Under the pieces are notes generated by a model. That model saw only the letters and a program-made list of their open reading frames with translations. It did not search any database and had not been told where the DNA came from. Shown here one piece after another: positions 11,521-24,770 of a DNA stretch of 64,000 nt (the first letter of the stretch is position 1; each line of letters starts with the position of its first letter). Source of the DNA: Carcharhinus longimanus (lineage: Eukaryota). The DNA lies in contig JASCQW010000190.1 in NCBI GenBank assembly GCA_030264375.1, forward strand, positions 80,686,575 through 80,750,574, written 5' to 3'. A program made the translations under genes and the position numbers.

Positions 11521-12624
11521 TGTTTCTTTGCTGGCAGAACCAGTCCCCTATTTTTAACATTGTTCCGAAGGGGAAATTGGTTTACCACCTGGAAACTGAT
11601 TGGGTTGCAAGTCCGAGGATTTCCTGTATTACAAGAGCCTAACTTGCCCTCCCCTAAAAATCCCCATTCCAGCAGCAGTCATTAGAGAGCAATGGAAAAT
11701 TTTGCTAATTTTTTTTTCCTTTGGTACCCTGGGGAAGCTGTGATCAATTATACTCTAATTGCTGTTCAACCTTGGATCAACTAACAATATAGAGATTGAT
11801 TGACTCATCGCCTTTGTGGTCCAATATCTCGCACAGCATTGTATTTACCCCAAAGCATTGATGGAACTCCATTGGTTTATAATTAGTGCACTCTGGAGGG
11901 ATTCCAGCCTGTCCATGTGCTGTTGTTATCTGAGAGTGACTGCTGCTACAATTCTTCCTTCGACCTTGACCTAGGGATTGTAGCCAACTCTATTTTATCA
12001 TTTAATCTACTTCTGCTCTCTCGTGTGGTTTTGAACATTGTCACTGTTGGTGAAAATTAGGAGCAAATCAACTTCAAGCCGTTTTCGAAAATCAAAAATT
12101 ATATACAATTTTTAAACATTTGTGCTGTTAGTTCCCTCCAGCATAAGGAAGTTGGGGTTAGTATCAAGAACTAATGGTTCTTACTGCATACAGCATCCGT
12201 ATTGACAAAGAAGATGTTTGCGTGATGCTATATTTATATAAATCATTCTATGTGTGGAGGGATGTGCTTGGGTAGTTTACTATTCAGATAACCTCCTTGC
12301 CTTGGTGTTTTGTTTCTAGTCCATTGAGTATCATTTTTTTCCCTCTAATTTTTCTGTTTTTAAAGACACTGATTACTGCTTTATATTTGTACAGGTTTTT
12401 TCTACTATTTTTTCCAGTACTCGGTCTTCATTTTTTAAATTTATTATTGTCATGTACTAAGATACAGTGAAAAGTATTGTTTTGTATGCTATCCATATAA
12501 ATCATACCATACATAGCTTGCCATGTTGTGACGCCATCTTGAAACATGGATATGGTCAATCCACAGTGTGATCAATAACACACCCCCATTCTCTTTCTAC
12601 TCCCTGGGTAGAATTTTACCATAT

Positions 12625-12732
12625 GAAGTCTGACAACACCAGGTTCAAGTCCAACAGATTTATTTGACTTGAACCTGGTGTTGTCAGACTTCTTACTGTG
12701 TTTACCGCAGTCCAACGCCGGCATCTCCACAT
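12625..12732 (+). mobile_element. Penelope-like fold-back fragment (27-bp perfect inverted repeat plus 3' tail)
   Basis: gaagtctgacaacaccaggttcaagtc (12625-12651) and gacttgaacctggtgttgtcagacttc (12666-12692), then the tail cagtccaacgccggcatctccacat running into an N gap. Confidence 0.8.
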
Positions 12733-13029
12733 NNNNNNNNNNNNNNNNNNNNNNNNNNNNNNNNNNNNNNNNNNNNNNNNNNNNNNNNNNNNNNNNNNNN
12801 NNNNNNNNNNNNNNNNNNNNNNNNNNNNNNNNNNNNNNNNNNNNNNNNNNNNNNNNNNNNNNNNNNNNNNNNNNNNNNNNNNNNNNNNNNNNNNNNNNNN
12901 NNNNNNNNNNNNNNNNNNNNNNNNNNNNNNNNNNNNNNNNNNNNNNNNNNNNNNNNNNNNNNNNNNNNNNNNNNNNNNNNNNNNNNNNNNNNNNNNNNNN
13001 NNNNNNNNNNNNNNNNNNNNNNNNNNNNA

Positions 13030-14075
13030 CGAGTACAAGCCCAGTTTATTCAGCCTCTCCTCATAGCTCAACCCCCTCAACTCTGGTATCAGCCTAGTAA
13101 ACCTCTCCTAATTGCATTTCCAGTCTGTGTAAAAAAAAAAAACAAGACCACAAAATTGAAAAGGAAGTTGAGAAGAAACTGGTTCATCACAGCAGCTGAG
13201 AAGACATTTGATTCCGTTGCCCTCCCAGGAAGTTCATTAGAAATTACTATTTGGGCAAAGTATTCAGGGAATATTTGATCCATATGCCATGTCTCATATT
13301 CGCTCATTGCAAATGTCAACTTTTGTTCTATTCACTTCATTGCATACTGAAACAATAGGTGCACACTGGGGTGTGGTGAATGAACAAATTCTGTTTATAA
13401 TTCTGTAAGATTACAAGATCACATTTTAATATACTCTCAACTCTTCTCTTCTGTTTACACAAGATCTTTAATTGTGTAACAGATTTGGCAACCATGCCTT
13501 TGGTCCCTTCATTCAAGACATTTACATAAATAGTAAAATAATGAGGCCCCAGCAGTGATCCCTGTGGCCTCACCACTTGTTACATCTTGCCAACCAGAAA
13601 AAACATATTTATGCCTACCCTCTGACTTCTGAGAGGAAATTTGCTAAAATGGTACCTCAGATGAGTGATTTCAGTTATGGAGAAAGATGAGAGAAACTGG
13701 GGGCTATTCCCTTATAGCAGAAGATGAAAGGGAGATTTGACAGAAGTGTTGAAAGATTTTGATTGAGAAAATGATTTCAGTAGCAGGAGGGTCAGTAACT
13801 GGAAGATCTAGATTTGGGATTTTTGGCAAAATGACCAGAAGCAACGTAAGGAAAAATATTTTTGTGTTTCAAATTGTTACGATCTGGAATATTTTACTTG
13901 AAACAGTGACTTAAATGCATTTAACAACTTCCAATAGGAAATTGGATCAATACTGCCATGTGGGGAGATTTGCTGGGCTATAAGGAAGGAGAAGGTGAAT
14001 GGTCTAATGGGTTAGCTCTTTCAAAGAGGCAGCATGGACACAATGGGCTGAAAGTCTCTCCTCTAATTCTATAAT
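13030..14075. mobile_element. CR1 fragments (13030-13115 -, 13470-13630 -, 13640-14075 +)
   Basis: RGLSYEERLNKLGLYS and PQGSLLGP.F.IYVN.L.EGT.GMVAK motifs, plus a 3' tail. Confidence 0.65.
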
Positions 14076-14502
14076 ATCTGGAATTTACTAAAAACAAGAA
14101 GAAAGTTCAAAGGAGCAATAATGAATCAAATGTCAACAAAAAATTGAGTGCTGGTCTATTGATGACTGTGTATCGTGATGTTCTGGGAGACTAAGCTTGA
14201 ACAAATTAAAATTGAAACATTAATATGAACTCACCAGTAGATCTTTGCTATTGAACATGACTGCATGCCGTGTTATTTGTGTTAAATGTTTTTGGTTTGC
14301 AGTCAGTTAGGTAAGAAAATTTATTAACTACCATCTTATTACAGCATCTGGCAAGGTGTCTCACATGTATATAGCCAGATTTCAAATCGTGTAAATTGAA
14401 TTGATCTGTTTAATTTTGGAGATGGAAACTCACAAAGCCGTGTTACGCTTAGTGGTGAGATTTCGAGTCATAAAGATGAGGTTTGTAAATGAATATGTTG
14501 GA

Positions 14503-16625
14503 TCATAGGAACTAGGAGCAGGAGTTGGCAATTTAGCACTTTGAGATTGATCTGCCATTTAATATGATCTTAGCTGATCTCATCGTGGCCTCAACGCCAC
14601 TTTCCTGCCCATTCACCATAGTCTTTCCAATCCTTACTAATTAAAAGCTGTCCAGCATCCACAATGTTCTGGGATAGTGAATTCCATAGACTCATGACTC
14701 TTTTGAGAGAATTAATTTTTCCTTGTCAGTTTTAAATCTGCCACACCTTATCCTAAAATTCTGATGTCTTGTTCTAGATTGCAGTACAGGAGGAAACTTA
14801 CTCTCCTCATCTACTTTGTTAGTCCCCTTATCTTGTACAGCTCAATTAGATCTCTTCTCATTCTTCTTAACTCCAGGGTGTATAGACCTAATCTGTCCAA
14901 TCTCTCTTCGCAAATCAAACCTCTCCTCTCTGGAGTCAATCTAGTGAATCCCCATTGAACCATCTCCAAAAAGGGGGACAAAACTGTACAAAATATTTTT
15001 ATATACTTTTATATTCTATTCTTTAGCAATAATTGCCAAGATTCTATTGCCTTCCTTATTACTTGCATACCAGTTTTGTGATTCATGCACAAGGACCTCC
15101 AAATCCCTCTGCCCCGAAGCACTCAAGTTTTTCTCCATTTAGATAATTTGCCTCTGTAATTTTTCCTCCCAAAATGGATAACCTCACGCTTATCTACATT
15201 AAACTCCATTTGTCAAATTTTGTCCCATTCACTTAACCTGTCCATATCCATTTGTAAATTTCTTTTTTCATTATTGCAATTTACTATTTTAATGTCATTT
15301 GCAAATTTGGCTACGGTAACTACTATCACTACATCCAAGTCATTAATATAGATTGTAAATACTTCGGGCCCAAGTACTGAACCCTATGACATACCACTAG
15401 TTACATCTTGCCAACCAGAAAAAGATCCATTTATCCTGACTCTCTTGCTAAGCCAGTAAGTTACCCCTAATTGCATAGGAACTAACCATGCGTATTAATC
15501 TTTTCTGTGGCACCTTATCAAGTGTCTTCCAGAAGTCCAGATAAACCATGTCTACAGGAGCCCCATTACCCACCTTGCTTGTTACATCTTCAAAGAACTC
15601 AAGCAAATTCGTTGAACATTATTAACTTTTCACAAAACCGTGCTGACGCTGACAGGTTGCATTTTGACTTTCTAAATGTCCTGTTTATTTCTTCCTTTAT
15701 AATGGATTCTAAGAATTTTTCAATGACTGATATTAAACTAACTAGCTTATAATTTCCCACATTTTGCCTCCCTCCCTGATTTGGTTTGATTTATCGTTGT
15801 CACGTGTATTAGCATACACTGAAAAGTATTGTTTCTTGCACGCTAATAGACAAAGCATACCGAGAAGGATGCAAGAGTGCAGAATGTAGTGTTACAATCA
15901 CAGCTATGATGTAGTGAAAGATCAACTTAATGCAAAAGTCCATTCAAAAGTCTGAGCAGCGGTAGGAAGAAGCTGTTCTTAAATCGGTTGGTACATGACC
16001 TCAGACTTTTGTACCTTTTTCCTGACGGAAGAAAGTGGAAGAGAGAATGTCCAGGGTGCGTGGGGTTTTTAATTATGCTGGCTGCTTTGCTGAGGCAGCA
16101 GGAAATATAGACAGAGTCAATGAATGGAGGCTGGTTGCATGATGGATTGGGCTACATTCATGACCTTTTGTAGTTTCTCGCGGCCTCGAGCAGAGCAGGA
16201 GCCATACCAACTTGTGATACAATCAAAAAGAATGCTTTCTATGGTGCATCTATAAAAGTTGGAGACAGTCGTAGCTGACATGAAAGGTTTCCTTAGTCTT
16301 CTGAGAAAGTAGAGGCGTTAGTGGGCTTTCTTAGGCCTCAGCATGAGGGGACCAGTACAGGTTGTTGGTGATCTGGGCACCTAAAAACTTGAAGCCATCA
16401 ACCCTTTCCACTTTGGGTGTTATATTAGTATTTTTCCAATCCAGTGGAACTTTTCCGACTTCCATGGAACTTTAAAATATTATAACCAATGGATCAACTA
16501 TCTTCAACCCCACTCCCTTTAAGACCATAGTATGTAGGCCATCAGGTCCTGGGGTCATGCCTGCCTTCAATCCTAATAGTTTGCTCAGTACTTTTTCCCT
16601 AGTGACGATAGTTCTGTTCTTCCTT
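14503..16625 (-). mobile_element. CR1/HER1 LINE ORF2 (RT) 3' half, interrupted by a Rex1/Babar insertion
   Basis: CR1 3' tail at the left end (cataggaactaggagcaggagt). RT motifs on the minus strand (GSVLGP..F.IYIN.LD, KFAND). The sequence resumes at about 16410 after the insertion. Confidence 0.8.
15779..16410 (-). mobile_element. Rex1/Babar-type LINE 3' end nested in CR1 (another tail fragment at about 12435-12520)
   Basis: Minus strand encodes a degenerate KKA..RLYFLRRLRK..MSATT.SNFYRCTIESIL..CIT.WYGSC...LPSGKRYKSLRS.TNRFKNSFF C-terminus. Tail caatacttttcagtgtatgctaatacacgtgacaacgataaatcaaaccaaa. Confidence 0.85.
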
Positions 16626-16649
16626 TTCTACAATATACCAAAAAAAAAT

Positions 16650-17060
16650 TTGGAGGAAGGAACTGAAGGCACTGTTACTAAGTTTGCAGATAATTCAAAG
16701 ATATGTAGAGTAACAGGTAGTATGAAGGAAGCAGGGGAGCTGCAGAAGGACTTGAACAGGTTAGAAGAGTGGGCAAAGAAGTGGCAAATGGAATACAATG
16801 CGAAAAGTGTGAGGTTACGCGCTTTGGAAGAAGGAATGGAGGCATAGACTATTTTCTAAATGGGGAAAATGCTTAGGAAATAAGAAACACAAAGGCACTT
16901 GGCAGTCATTGTTCAAGATTCTCTTAAGGTTATCATGCAGGCTCAGTCGGCAGTTAGAAAGGTGCATGCAATGTTAACATTCATGTTGAGAGGGCTAGAA
17001 TACAAGAGCAAGGATGTACTTCTGAGGCAGTATAAGGCTGTGGTCAGACCCCATTTGTGA
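16650..17060 (+). mobile_element. CR1 RT fragment
   Basis: LEEGTEGTVTKFADNSKI...LQKDLNRLEEWAKKWQMEYN. Confidence 0.8.
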
Positions 17061-20000
17061 GCAGGAAAATCATCTTGAATTTGAAGATTAGCCATGATCT
17101 TGTTGACTGGTGTCATTGCAAAAATTCAGCTGTTAGTATCTATAGCTTGATGAAAGTTGAAAACTTGTTAGGCCTAAAAACCGCTGTACGGTTTTCTTTT
17201 CCAAACCATGCAGGCATCATGTACCAAGTGCTTTCGGAAATTGAGTCAGTAGTTTATACTAAGTACTAGACTGCACAGAGATAAAATCAAATACCAGCAA
17301 AGTTTTTGCAAGACATTCTAAACGCCCTTGCTTTCTAAAGTTCCAGCTGTTAAACCAGGAATAAGGCAACTTTGGAATGTATAAAACTATTCAGTGTGAT
17401 ATGGCATTACCTCAAATAGAGCAAAATTTGGAATGGGCTATTTTGCACACACTTGTTTTGGAAAGCATAAACGATAGTTTTAACAGGCCTGATGGATAGA
17501 AGGGCCTGAAAGCTACATTCAGTTTTTCTTAATAACCTTATTAAAGCTGAAAATGTTAACTCCTCCCTCTGACCTTAGATCTTCCTCAATCTTATTGTAA
17601 TTTAGTTTATGACATGTTGCTACAAAGACCTACAAAAGATCCAAAAGAATTCAGAAATTTACTATAACTTTCTGGATAAGACAGCTAATTTTTCTGCACA
17701 GGGTACCAGTCTAACTAATCAGTTTGAATGTAATCCCATCCTTAATGCTAGTATAATACACACTGGATATATCCATATACATTCAATCCTAATCCAAGCC
17801 TGACCTTTACATTTCTAATTAGGGAACTATTAGTTTTTTGTTTGGCTGTTTGTTTTCAAGCTAGTTAGAAATTCTGAAGATTTTGGTTTCGGATATTAAA
17901 TGTTTCAGGAGTTTTTTTGAATATTAAATTTATTGAATGCTTCACCAGAATACAATTGTAATAATTGTTGTTGTCTTCAGTGTTTCTCTTTTATTTTACT
18001 TTGAAAGTAGATTTTGATGTCGTTTTTCCACAATTGTCAAACTATCTACCCCAGATGTTAGTTTTAGCTGAGGTATGGTTCCATATGTTGCTTTCCAATA
18101 CCTTGTTCAGATGGCCATTGCTCATGAATGATGACGGCATTTTGACTGTATAATCTTTGTATCACAACCTATGTCCATACTCACATTCCAATGGCGATCC
18201 CAAGATGGCAGTTAGGAATTTGTTCTTCCTCTCCAACTCTCTCTGCAGTCTAAGGATTCTGAGTTGTATCATCCCGACACCCAGTCTGGCTGGGGACTAG
18301 CTCAATATCGATCGGGTCTTTCTACGTCGTATTGTTCAGTACCAAGATAGTCAATGTACCATTGAACTTGGAAGGTCCACATTTTTTAAGGGACATTCTC
18401 GGAACAATGGTGCATGTGGGAGGAAATGGAAACAGCATCAAGAATTATAACTGATGTATAGCATTTCTGTCACAATTACATTTTCACAATTCAAATTTAA
18501 AAGCGTATGACATTTCTGTCCTCTATTAACAACTCATTTTGGATGCCCATTGCACACCCCCTGTTCATCTCTTTCTGGCTGGAATGTAAGAATACACTCT
18601 ATTGGATGTCAGTGGGCCTGTTATCCTCATTGGCAGTTGGATTTGAGGATGACCCTGTTCAAGGTCATGAGTTTCTGTCTTGGCCTTCTGTGACGGGAAC
18701 AGGCCAATTTTTGACTCTTAGGTTTTTGAGCACATGGGGAATGATCTCCCACATGGCAGTGAGATCCAGAGTGCAGAATTTGCTTCCTTATCTATCTTTC
18801 TATGCTGCTGCTCTGCCTCTCGTTAAGATGTTATGACTCAGTGTGATGCAGCTTAATGGACAAATTGTCATCATTTGAATGATTGGTAGCAAACTCTCCC
18901 TGTCATTATTGTCAATGCTGCCATGCTTCAAGGCGAGCATCTGAGTGCCTTTTGAAGCATGTTCTTTATTCTCACCTTAAACATTGGCCATTTGAGATTT
19001 TAAAAAATCAAGATAGGGTGGGGGAGACACTTCTGGCCATCCAGACATAATGTCCAGTCCATCAAAGTTGATTTTGCAGGAGTTTTGCCTGAATGTTTGT
19101 GCAGCTGACTNNNNNNNNNNNNNNNNNNNNNNNNNNNNNNNNNNNNNNNNNNNNNNNNNNNNNNNNNNNNNNNNNNNNNNNNNNNNNNNNNNNNNNNNNN
19201 NNNNNNNNNNATGTCCAGTCCATCAAAGTTGATTTTGCAGGCATTTTGCCTGAATGTTTGTGCAGCTGACTTTAAGAAGGACATTAGATTTGTTCAACGG
19301 TCCACCTAGTGAATCAATGAACTAAGCAGGTGTGCAGAATAGTGGCAAATGGAGTTCAATCCAGACAAGTGTGAGGTAGTGCAGTTGAGGAAGGCTGCTC
19401 TAACTATGACCATATATTGTCTCTTGTTAAATCCAATTCTGCTTCTGCAATTGAACTTGACATCATGCTGAAACCTTTCTACACTTCCAGTCACAGTCAA
19501 TGGAGAATAAATTTAATTGATAAGTTCCACTGTTAGGCTCACTGCCCTTGGAAAAAGTTACGTTTTGTTAAATGAGCTGTAAATGGGTTTTTATTGGTGT
19601 ATTAAGTTTATAGTTTCTACTAAACTGCCTCAGTAGTCCTAAAGATACAATCTTGTATTTTTTTGGAAAGCCAGATTTCTCTATTAATAAGCAAAAGAAA
19701 AGTAGATTCTGATGTGATTTTTAGCTTCTATTTTAATCAACCCGTCATTTATTTTCTCCTCTGAAAATTTAAAAGTGGAGGAATTCAGTTCTTTGACCTT
19801 CCAGATTGCTGTCTGTGAAAATACTTGAATTTGGCTGCTTGCTGATGCTACTGTTTCTGCAGCTAGGTGCCAGATTTAAGATACTGTTGGGAAAAGATAA
19901 AAATCACCCTACAGAAACGCTTTTCTTCTACATGAACAGGGGTGAGATGTTGTTTTGCCATTGGCTGCAGAACTGGGGCTATTATCTCCTCCAGCAACCC

Positions 20001-20384
20001 TTCTCTCCATCACTATTCTTTCCAAGAGCCTTCAGTTTTCTCAATCCTATTCTCTGACATCCTTTTTAAAACTTCTGTCATACTATTTTTTCAAAAACCT
20101 ATTTTAATGCAGTACCAACACGCTTAACTCTTCCTTCTCTTGTCCGCTGTGTGTAATGTGAAGGCATTACATTGGTGTGTGATTTTTTTTTTAAAAATTG
20201 AGTTCGAACTTTTTCAGTAACATGCCAATGTTTCTGTTTATCCAGCAAGTTAATTGCAATGGGAAATACAATGATGCAGATTAAGCGGCTACCTAATGTC
20301 CTTACTGGTGAACTGAAATTTGAGCTGCGGTCTCTTGTCTTTGTACATTGCTGTGTGTAATTCTTTGACATCTACGTACACCAC

Positions 20385-20755
20385 CATCTGACAACACCAG
20401 GTTGAAGTCCAGCAGGTTAACAGGTTTATTTGGTAGCACAAACTTTCAGAGTGTCGCTCCTTCGAGTGAGGGGTTGTGTTCACAAACAGAGCATATATAG
20501 ACACAAACTCAATTTGCAAGATAATGGTTGGACTTTGAGCCTTTACAGGTAATCAGGTCTTCACAGATACAGACAATGTGAATGGAGAGAGCGTTAAGCA
20601 CAGGTTAAAGAGATGTGTATTGTCTCCAGCCAGGACAATTAGTTAGACCTTGCAAGTCCAGGCAAGTCGTGGGGGTTACAGATAGTGTGACATGAACCCA
20701 AGATCCTAGTTGAGGCCATCCTCATATGTGCAGAATTTGGCTATCAATTTCTGCT
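20385..20755 (-). mobile_element. Penelope-like element: GIY-YIG ORF C-terminus and 3' region; hammerhead core partly deleted
   Basis: Minus strand reads QKLIAKFCTYEDGLN*DLGFMSHYL*, followed by sequence homologous to 1-220. Confidence 0.8.
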
Positions 20756-20953
20756 AATAACTTGATAGCCGGCATAGAACTCCCCAGGCCCCTGATTGCC
20801 ATCTCCTTCCACTCTCAAATAAAGGATTACTGGTGTGATGAATTTTTTTACATTTCTTGTTTTAATCAATAATTTCTCCAGTAAATTTTCTCCAAATGCA
20901 TTAAAACCTTGGGCCTGATTTTTTTTTACCACATCCCTGCTATCTGGCTTTTA

Positions 20954-21030
20954 CAGTAAAAAGTCTGACAACACCAGGTGTTGTCAGACTTTTTACTGTG
21001 TTTACCCCAGTCCAACGCCGGCACATCCAC
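20954..21030 (+). mobile_element. Complete miniature Penelope-like fold-back insertion with 12-bp TSD
   Basis: 23-bp perfect palindrome arms (20953-20975 and 20977-20999) plus the family tail. ATCTGGCTTTTA at 20942-20953 and 21031-21042. Confidence 0.85.
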
Positions 21031-22169
21031 ATCTGGCTTTTAGGCAGGGGTAGTATAAAAGAGAAGGAACAGACTTCCCTCTGGGTTCCTGCCCACCCCA
21101 ACTTTGTAGCATTTCTATGCTGGGGTGGACAATGCCCACGGATGGGCTGCTTGCCCTTGCCCCAGTTAAGTCCCGAGCCATTTAGGGCTATTTTCCGCCA
21201 AGNNNNNNNNNNNNNNNNNNCTGACTGAGTTCCTGGGAAAGGGGACGGTGGGGGCACCTTCACCAGATGTCACTTTCTGACTTAGGTCACCACCTCCTTA
21301 AGGTTGCTGGACCCAATGCCCCAATTGCCCAATTTCCACACCTGAGACCCTGAAACTTACCTTGCCTTCCAGTCCCAGGACTTGGACTCAGCCATCTTCA
21401 GTCACTTCCTCTCCTGGCCGTTGCAGCTCCAGCCATTGCAGGAACTGGGACTTCAGAATGAGGGACGGAAGTCATGCTGAACTGACCCCCATTATAAATT
21501 ATATTTGTCATTGCCTCGTAAATGGTAACATAGATATTGTACCCACCCACCCAGAGGATGTTTTGTTTTTTTTTAAAAAGTTCATTTGAGAGGCATGGGT
21601 GTTGCTGGTTGGCCAACATTCATTACCCATCCCTAGTTACCCATGAGAAGATGGTGGTGAGCTGCCTTCTTGAGTCGCTGCAGTCCACATACTGTGGGTT
21701 GACTCTCAAATCCTCAGAACCTTTCCAAGTGATATTAAACATGGAGCAATATTATTTTATCAGTTGAGGGAGGACGATGAATAGTAATCAGGACATTTGT
21801 TGCCCACGTTTGACTTCACCCGAAAACTCATTGACTCCAGATCCCATGTTGAGGACTCCCACCTCTGTCCTGCTGAGACAGGACATAGTCAGGAATGGTG
21901 AAGGAAGAGAATGAGACATTGGCTGAAATACCTGATTTGCTGATGCTTGATTTACACAAGTACCCAGATTTTAATGAGGAGAACTATATTAAGTCGACTG
22001 GTCACGTTGTACCACCGTCGTTTTGCGTGCCTAGGTTGATGGCAAGTGGCCTGTCTGGCTTTATTCTCCTTAGACTTTGCTGTAGCAGATTGATGCAACT
22101 GAGTGGAGGGGGGTGTGGGGAGGAAGGGTGAGAGGAAGGAGGGGAGTGTGGGGAGGAAGGAGGGGGGGA

Positions 22170-22376
22170 CCCAAAAGCCTCAGCCCCTGAATCTGCACAA
22201 CAGGTTTGAGATTCTTGCTCCCAGTGTGGACAAGAACGAGGGCTGCAAGGTTGACGAGCAAACTGCCCACGGTACAGTGGTGCAGACAGGTCAAAGAGGA
22301 AGAAGTAAAGAGGAATGTAGTGGTAATTGGGGATAGTGTAGTTAGGGGCATAGACACTGTCCTTTGTGACAATGAT
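22170..22376 (+). mobile_element. CR1 ORF1 (SGNH esterase-like) fragment
   Basis: LNLHNRFEIL and VVVIGDSVVRGIDTVLC motifs. Confidence 0.75.
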
Positions 22377-24313
22377 NNNNNNNNNNNNNNNNNNNNNNNN
22401 NNNNNNNNNNNNNNNNNNNNNNNNNNNNNNNNNNNNNNNNNNNNNNNNNNNNNNNNNNNNNNNNNNNNNNNNNNNNGGCCTACTCCTGCTCCTATTTCTT
22501 TTGTTCTCACGAGTGGCTTGCTAGGCCATTTCAGAGTGCAACTGCATTGCCATGGGCCTGGTGTCGCAGGTTGGCCAGACAAGGATGGCAGATTTTCTTC
22601 CCTCAAGAACAGTAGTGAATGAGTTGGGTTTTCACCAATGAGCTGGTACCTTTTTGATCATCATTACAGAGACTAGATCTTTATTCCAGATTTAGTAATG
22701 AATTGAATTTAAATTTCCTCAGCTGTCACGGTGGGATTAGAACTTTTGTCTTCAGAGAATTAGTACAGGCTCCTGGATCACTAGTCCAGTAGCATTGCCA
22801 CTATACCACTGTTTTCACTTTGTACTAGGAACGGCCTAATCTGAAAAATTCTGAAGAAAGAGTATATGCAGTGCAGTCAAATGTCAGAACACTGCACTGC
22901 GTTCAGTGTGGTTTAAATTTAGAATTTAACATCACCTTCATATGTACTCTCTTGTTTTCTGCAACAACGCTTGCACATTAAAAGTATTGTTCATGGTTGG
23001 ACTTGGTAGCAGGGGAAAAATGTGCTGCCTTTTGAAAAAGTGATTTCTCTTGTTGCAAAATGTAGTGGCGCAACGGTTTTCACAGAATGCAAGTCTGAAG
23101 TGTTATTGTTCAGTCATGAAGGTGATGGGATAGATTCTTCCAGTCCCTTTCTTTTTTTTTTCCCCATCTCCCCTGATTTCCAGAATTCATTAACTATTTG
23201 CTGGCATATTGGAACAGGGGGCTCCCTGGTAGCATCATTCATTTAAGTTTCGACAATGGCATGGATGGGGGGTGGGCAGGGTGCATCTTCCTTATCTGAC
23301 CTCTGCACAGTAAACATCTAGAGAGAGGACTACCTGAATTCTTGGCCATAAAAGCTTGCTCTGCAGGGCCAAAGTTTCACTACTGAGGGAGGAAAATTGA
23401 CAGAGAGTCTGCTCCTGATGACTTCTGGCACAGCCTGTTTTATAGGGCACTGGAGTGGGTATCTCGTGTATTGGAAGAATTCAGAGTTGGCAGATTGTGA
23501 TGCTACTTGGCTTCTAGTACAAGATCTACCATGCCGGAGTTTTGAAAAAAAAATCCTACCCACCCCACCAGTGTGCAATTTTCAGTTGAGGTTTCTTATT
23601 ACTTCCTTTTGCTGTTGTAGAATAAATGGACGTTGGAGGAGTTGACAGAAATCCTTTCATTCATGTGGCAACCTTTTCATTCTCTTATCATTGCTGTACA
23701 ATTGAGCTAACCACATTAATGTATAACAAAAACCCTACCTAACATTTTAAGAGACCACTTTTTCAATCTGTAGCTCAGCTAGAAGTTGTGTCTAAATTGA
23801 TTTTACTTTTTTCTAAAGAAACAGTCACAGAATCATGCTTCTTTCTGGCACCAGATCTCTTGCAGCAGAACAATTCTCATTTTGGGCAAGAGGAGAAAAT
23901 AAGCAATTTTGTTATAACACTTTATTTTCACATTTCCTCTCCACCATTCTCCCCTTCAGTAACAATGATTTAAATCTGTGGGCTGGAACAAGAGGAAAGA
24001 TTAGCTGTAAAATCCAACTAGGGTCATGAATTCCCTGTGGGAAGGAAAATATGCCAGACCATACCACAGTGTTCTTTTCTTGAGCCAGACTTCTAGTTTC
24101 ATGCTTCTTATCTTGCCCAATAGCAGTTTTATTTGTGAAGATTTTGGCATTAAATGAACTACGAGGATTTTCACTAAAGATTAAGCGCGGAGAATGAAAC
24201 TAAATAAATCACATGCAATGTATCAGTGTTGGCATGGAAACCAAAGTCCATGAGGTCAAATTGGAGCTATCTGATTTCTTACCCCTTTTCTTGTTTTTGA
24301 ATTTGATGAATTA

Positions 24314-24770
24314 GTCATAGAGCTATACAGCGCAGAAAAGGCCCTTCGGCCCATCAACTCTGCACTGACATCTACCAAAAGTCGTGCTGATCCAATTTTC
24401 CAGCACTTGTCCCATATCCTTGAAGGTTGTGACATTTCAAGTGCTTGTCCAAATACTCTTTAAACATTGTAAGGTTTCCAGCCTCCACTACATTTCCAGG
24501 CAGTGAATTCCAGATTAACAGCACCCTCTTGAATGAAAACATTTTTTTCTCGAATCTCCTGCCCCTTACCCTAAAACTATGCATCCCTGTGATTGACTCC
24601 CTCAACTAAGGGGAACGGCTGCTTCCTCTTCACCCTGTCCAAACCCCTCATAACCTTGCACATCTCAACCATGTCCCCCCTCAGCATTCTCTGCTCTAAA
24701 GCCAATCTAGTCTCTTCTTATAGTTCAAATGTTCCATCTCTGGCAACATCGTGGTGAATGTCCTCTGTAA
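24314..24770 (-). mobile_element. CR1 3' end
   Basis: F..RV..IWNSLPGNVVEAGNLTMFKEYLDKHL, with tail gggccgaagggccttttctgcgctgtatagctctatg. Confidence 0.8.

Noticed and set aside
14300-14320. Isolated consensus splice donors (TAG|GTAAGA at about 14311; CAG|GTAAGT at about 46738)
   Set aside because: No supporting acceptor or reading frame; such motifs occur by chance. They cannot be excluded as non-coding exons.
19050-19271. 61-bp direct repeat (19050-19110 and 19211-19271, two mismatches) flanking a 100-N gap
   Set aside because: Typical scaffolding artefact: overlapping contig ends from two haplotypes either side of a default-size gap.
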